Assembly (NCBI GenBank): GCA_030390025.1
Contig: CM059430.1
Location: 10,726,001-10,790,000, forward strand
Reading direction: 5' to 3'
Length of the DNA: 64,000 nt
From: Squalus acanthias
Taxonomy: Eukaryota
Shown: positions 62,963 through 64,000 of the stretch, piece after piece
How positions within the stretch are numbered: position 1 is the stretch's first letter
How the letters are laid out: the number at the start of each line of letters is the position of its first letter
The notes under the pieces: generated by a model
The model's input: the letters and a program-made list of their open reading frames with translations, nothing else
Databases searched by the model: none
Told to the model about the DNA's origin: nothing
Program-made: the position numbers and the translations under genes

Positions 62963-64000
62963 CCTATTTTGGGGGGTGAAACATGACCCTCTTAGTCGCC
63001 CACTCCTGATCCAAATACCAGCCTAAACCCTTGCGGCCTTCTTCCATTTCCAGTCTCCCACTTCCTGGCTGAGCCTCAGTCCCATTTCCTGTTGATTCTT
63101 GACGCATCTCGGGCCTCGACTTATGCCAGATCATGGCGAGAGACCACCCAAAATGCTAGTTGCTTGAGACTAGATGGTGGTAAAAACTTGGTACAGTGCT
63201 GCATCAACAGCATCTTTGGGAAGATCTGAAAATCCACAGCAAGAGGTCATGATGAGAAAAATAGCTTTTATAATCATGCAAGTACTTCAAATTCTCCATG
63301 GAAATTAAGGCAAAAACATTTTTTAAGTATTTTGTAATGTAAATAACTGAGAGTAACAAGTTCTGGAGAGGGAAGTTTGTTAAGTAGTAGGGAAACCGTA
63401 TCGCCAATATATCTGTGAGGCTCTTACTTTACAAGACCAGTCCTGTTGTGTTATTCATAGTAAGATGGGGGTGAGGGGGAGAATTTTCCATTTCACATCA
63501 GGCTAAGGCCTGAAAATACATACAGTTCATGGCAAAGGCGGATTAGGGGGAGGTGCGGAGAGAGACTGAGACCGGGACGACTGAGCAACTCCAGCTACAA
63601 TGCCTGAGCTCAATATCAAAGTACCTCAGTATCGCACCGCCCCACACCCCCGCCACCACCCCCCCCCCCAGCTCCAGTGTAAACATCCGTCCCCTTCAGC
63701 GACACAATCCAAGACTCGAAGCATTTTTACTCTAACTCATTCTTTCACAGCACCTCAAAAATGTAAGACCTCCTTCAATGTTTTCCTTCCTTCTACAGTC
63801 TTCAAAAACATTTTTAACCCAAGCTTGTTATCACCTAGTCACTATTTCCTGATTTATCTTTTCCACCTTGCTGGTACCCTGCATTCTGAACCTCGCTCCT
63901 TGGATTAAAAAATTATTAGGAGACCTATATCGTTAAGAGAGAGAAAACTTTCACCTCATCATACTAAACTGCAAGAAGTAAGGAGGTAATAATTTTTTGA

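Larger units (their letters stand above)
58213..62990. mobile_element. Decayed Harbinger element (left part missing) with nested minisatellite, SINE and CR1
   Basis: Partner-gene tail on + at about 58213-58760, transposase pseudogene on -, candidate terminus GGGGGGTGAAACATGACCC near 62990; boundaries approximate. Confidence 0.65.

Overview
Eukaryotic, repeat-dominated genomic DNA, very probably from a cartilaginous fish (shark-type HE1-like V-SINE, SacSINE1-like DeuSINEs, HER1/CR1 LINEs). I found no host protein-coding exon that I can support, so the window reads as intergenic or deep-intronic. There is a 500-N gap at 8529-9028. Main contents: (1) a full-length PIF/Harbinger transposon (21630-25375) with an apparently intact DDE transposase and a disrupted Myb/SANT partner, plus four decayed or internally deleted Harbingers and several MITEs; (2) a nearly intact CR1 LINE and many CR1, L2 and RTE fragments; (3) Penelope-derived sequences, including palindromic non-autonomous units with minimal hammerhead ribozyme cores and their own 10-14 bp target-site duplications. 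The most striking observation is that two diverged copies of one Harbinger family sit, in opposite orientation, at the same nucleotide of that hammerhead repeat. The duplicated triplet (GTT/AAC) is the predicted ribozyme cleavage triplet. All family names come from motif recognition by eye, not database searches, and the boundaries of old fragments are approximate.
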